Assembly (NCBI GenBank): GCA_963704165.1
Contig: CAVPHD010000002.1
Span: 64,001 to 128,000, forward strand
DNA: 64,000 nucleotides
From: an uncultured delta proteobacterium
GTDB taxonomy: Bacteria > Myxococcota_A > UBA9160 > SZUA-336
Direction of reading: 5' to 3'
The first letter of the stretch is position 1, and every line of letters begins with the position of its first letter. Positions 61,843 to 64,000 of this stretch are shown piece after piece. Both the position numbers and the translations under genes were made by a program. Below the pieces are notes generated by a model. It was given only the letters and a program-made list of their open reading frames with translations, was not told where the DNA came from and did no database searches.

Positions 61843-63374
61843 TCAGGGCACCCCGCCGAAGAATCGCAGCGCCGACTCCGCGTAGTTCGGCACGACACGG
61901 CAGTGCCGGCCGAACGCCATGGCCTGACGCCTTCTCGGTGTCGTGTGCCGGCCAGAACGGAAGACCGGCGTGACCGGGCTGACCCGTCTTCGCGAAGGCG
62001 ATCCAGGCTCTCCTGCATGCCGATGGGAGAGCTTGCGCGCGCCCGGCATCGCGCCGAGCCAGGGCCGCAGCCAGGGTTCGAGGATCGTGCCGAAGACGAA
62101 CGGCAGCTCGATTCCGTGACAGGCGCCGATCTGGCGCTCGAGAGGAGTGGCGGCGACCAGGTGAAGGAGTACGCGAAGGATTCGCGCGTATGTTCGCCCA
62201 CGAGCTCGAGAAGTCGGGCCGCGGGCCAGTGGAAGATGCGATCGCCCTGGAAGGCCGACCAGCGCTCGCGCGGCTCCGTTTGTCGGGGCGAATCCGGAAG
62301 CTCGCGATAGGCGCGATAGGCCCGCTCGGCCTCCGGCTCGGGCAACACGCGCCCGAAGCGCCGGCGCATCGCGGCTTCGTCCATGCGCCGGGCGCGGGTG
62401 TCGGCGAGCATGAAGAGCTTCCACTCGTCCTTGTTCGTACCGGCGAGGACCGAGACGTCCGCGGTCGAGCCGCGCTCGATCGACGCGAGTGGGTTCTCGG
62501 GGAGGAGATCGCCGTCGACGCAGGGCTGGAAGGCCAGTCCACCGAGCGGAAGCGCGAGCTGAAAGGTCGTCTCACGCTGCGCGCGCAGGAGCGCTTCGAG
62601 CGGCGCGGCTCGCAGCGCATCGATGTTCTCACCGTGCGGCCCGAGCAGCTTCAGGTAGAGCTCGGCGACCCTCCGGGACTGTTCGGGCGTCGAGGTGTTG
62701 TGTGCGGCACCGCTCTGCAGGATCGCGCGCCGGAACAGACCGCGAGCGGCCGGCGTTCCGAGCAGGCAGCCGATGCTCATCGCGCCGGCCGACTCGCCGA
62801 AGACCGTCACGGCCTCGGGATCGCCGCCGAACGCCCCGATGTTCTCGCGCACCCAGACGAGCGCGGCGATCTGATCGCGAAGCGCGAGGTTCGCGGGTGC
62901 CGACCCGACGTCCGGAAACAGCCCTCGGAGATCGAGCGACCCGAGCGCGCCGAGCCGGTAGTTGATCGTCACCACGACCAGATCGCCGCGCTGCGACAAG
63001 CGCGATCCGTCGTAGAGCGAGGTGCTCCCCGAACCCATCAGGAACGCGCCACCGTGCAGGTACACCAAGACCGGGCGCCGGCGCCCGTCGAGCGCCGGCG
63101 TCCAGACGTTCAGGTACAGACAGTCCTCGCTGCGGCCGCCCGACGAGCCCCCGATGAACCGCCGCACGAGCCAGTTGTCGACACCTGCCTGCGGAGCCGT
63201 CGGGCCGAAGCGCTTCGCGGCGCGCGTGCCGGTCCACGGACGCACGGGCTCGGCAGGCCGCAGCCGCAGCTTCTCGACCGGGGGCTCGGCGTACGGAACG
63301 CCGCGGAACACGAGGCCTCGCCGTGTACGCACGCCTTCGAGCCGGCCCGCGCGCGCGGTTGCGACCTCGCTCAT
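61843..63374 (-). CDS. Type B carboxylesterase, several frameshifts in 3' part
   Basis: FRGVPYA, SEDCLYLNVW, HGGAF, FGESAG, GACHGIELPFVFG. Confidence 0.9.
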
Positions 63375-63381
63375 ATCGCGT

Positions 63382-64000
63382 TCAGTCCTGCGCCAGGAAA
63401 CGCTCGATCTCGCCCCCGACCTTTTCCGGTTGCTCGTACGGAGCCATGTGGCCCGCCGCATCGATCATCGCGAGCCGCGCGCCGGGCACGAGCTGTCGCC
63501 AGCGTTCCGCGTAAACCGGCGCAATCAGCTGGTCCTGCCGGCCCCATACCAGAAGCGTCGGAGCGTTCAGACGATACAGGCGCTTGGACAGACGGCGATT
63601 CGGAATCGGGAACAGGATCTTGCCGGCGGTGCCGAGGCGGCGCGAGTTCGTGACCAGGAACTGCTGCAGCGCGGCCGTGTTCGAGAAGTCGATGCCGCCG
63701 GTCAGGAACTTCTCGCCCGACTTCGGATCGGCGAAGAGAGCGCGCGCGAGCTCGAACGGAAGCATCGCGAAGAGGTCGGGGATCGGGTGCGCGTCGATCC
63801 AGAGTCCGGCCGCGGCGATGAGCACGAGCTTCTCGACGTTCGCGTTGGCGATGCAGGCCATCTCGGCGGCGATCATCCCGCCCATCGAATGCCCGATCAG
63901 GCTGGGCCGGCGCTCGAGCCCGAGCGCATCGATCACGTCCCAGCCGTGGAGCGCGAAGTCGAGCATGTCGTCGAGCTTCTCCTCGCCGGCGTCCGCCCCG
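63382..64000 (-). CDS. Alpha/beta hydrolase (5' end outside window)
   Basis: GHSMGG, WG.QD, AGHM. Confidence 0.88.
   Translation of the reverse strand, partial: GADAGEEKLDDMLDFALHGWDVIDALGLERRPSLIGHSMGGMIAAEMACIANANVEKLVLIAAAGLWIDAHPIPDLFAMLPFELARALFADPKSGEKFLTGGIDFSNTAALQQFLVTNSRRLGTAGKILFPIPNRRLSKRLYRLNAPTLLVWGRQDQLIAPVYAERWRQLVPGARLAMIDAAGHMAPYEQPEKVGGEIERFLAQD

Overview
High-GC bacterial DNA; gene content (Myxococcus-type Cys-rich repeats, FYDLN, PEP-CTERM/IPTL-type tails) suggests a Myxococcota-like organism (inference). 1-6.1 kb: MarR-controlled catabolic cluster beside tRNA-fMet. 6.4-31.2 kb: mostly core genes (ROK, tgt, queA, Slt, der, miaA, mutL, degenerate sigma54-type regulator, nitrilase, ECF/anti-sigma, ArsS cluster, Nramp, PilZ). 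31.3-46.9 kb: composite genomic island built around tRNA-Arg(CCT) at 45115-45191. The tRNA appears to have been invaded at its anticodon loop from both sides: 5'-half copies lie upstream (decayed at 31312; exact 103-bp copy with upstream flank at 41059, directly after a tyrosine-integrase remnant) and a 3'-half copy with compensatory T-stem changes lies downstream (46828). The working tRNA may therefore consist entirely of element-supplied halves. The island also holds IS3 and IS91/ISCR remnants, a lipase plus foldase, an NDP-hexose 2,3-dehydratase, and a LuxR/Cys-rich surface-protein module. 47-64 kb: an intact IS3, secreted proteins, an MFS, a probable UxxC selenoprotein, a TPP enzyme and esterases. 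Several single-base frameshifts (including two in mutL) are probably consensus errors. All family assignments are by motif recognition, not database search.
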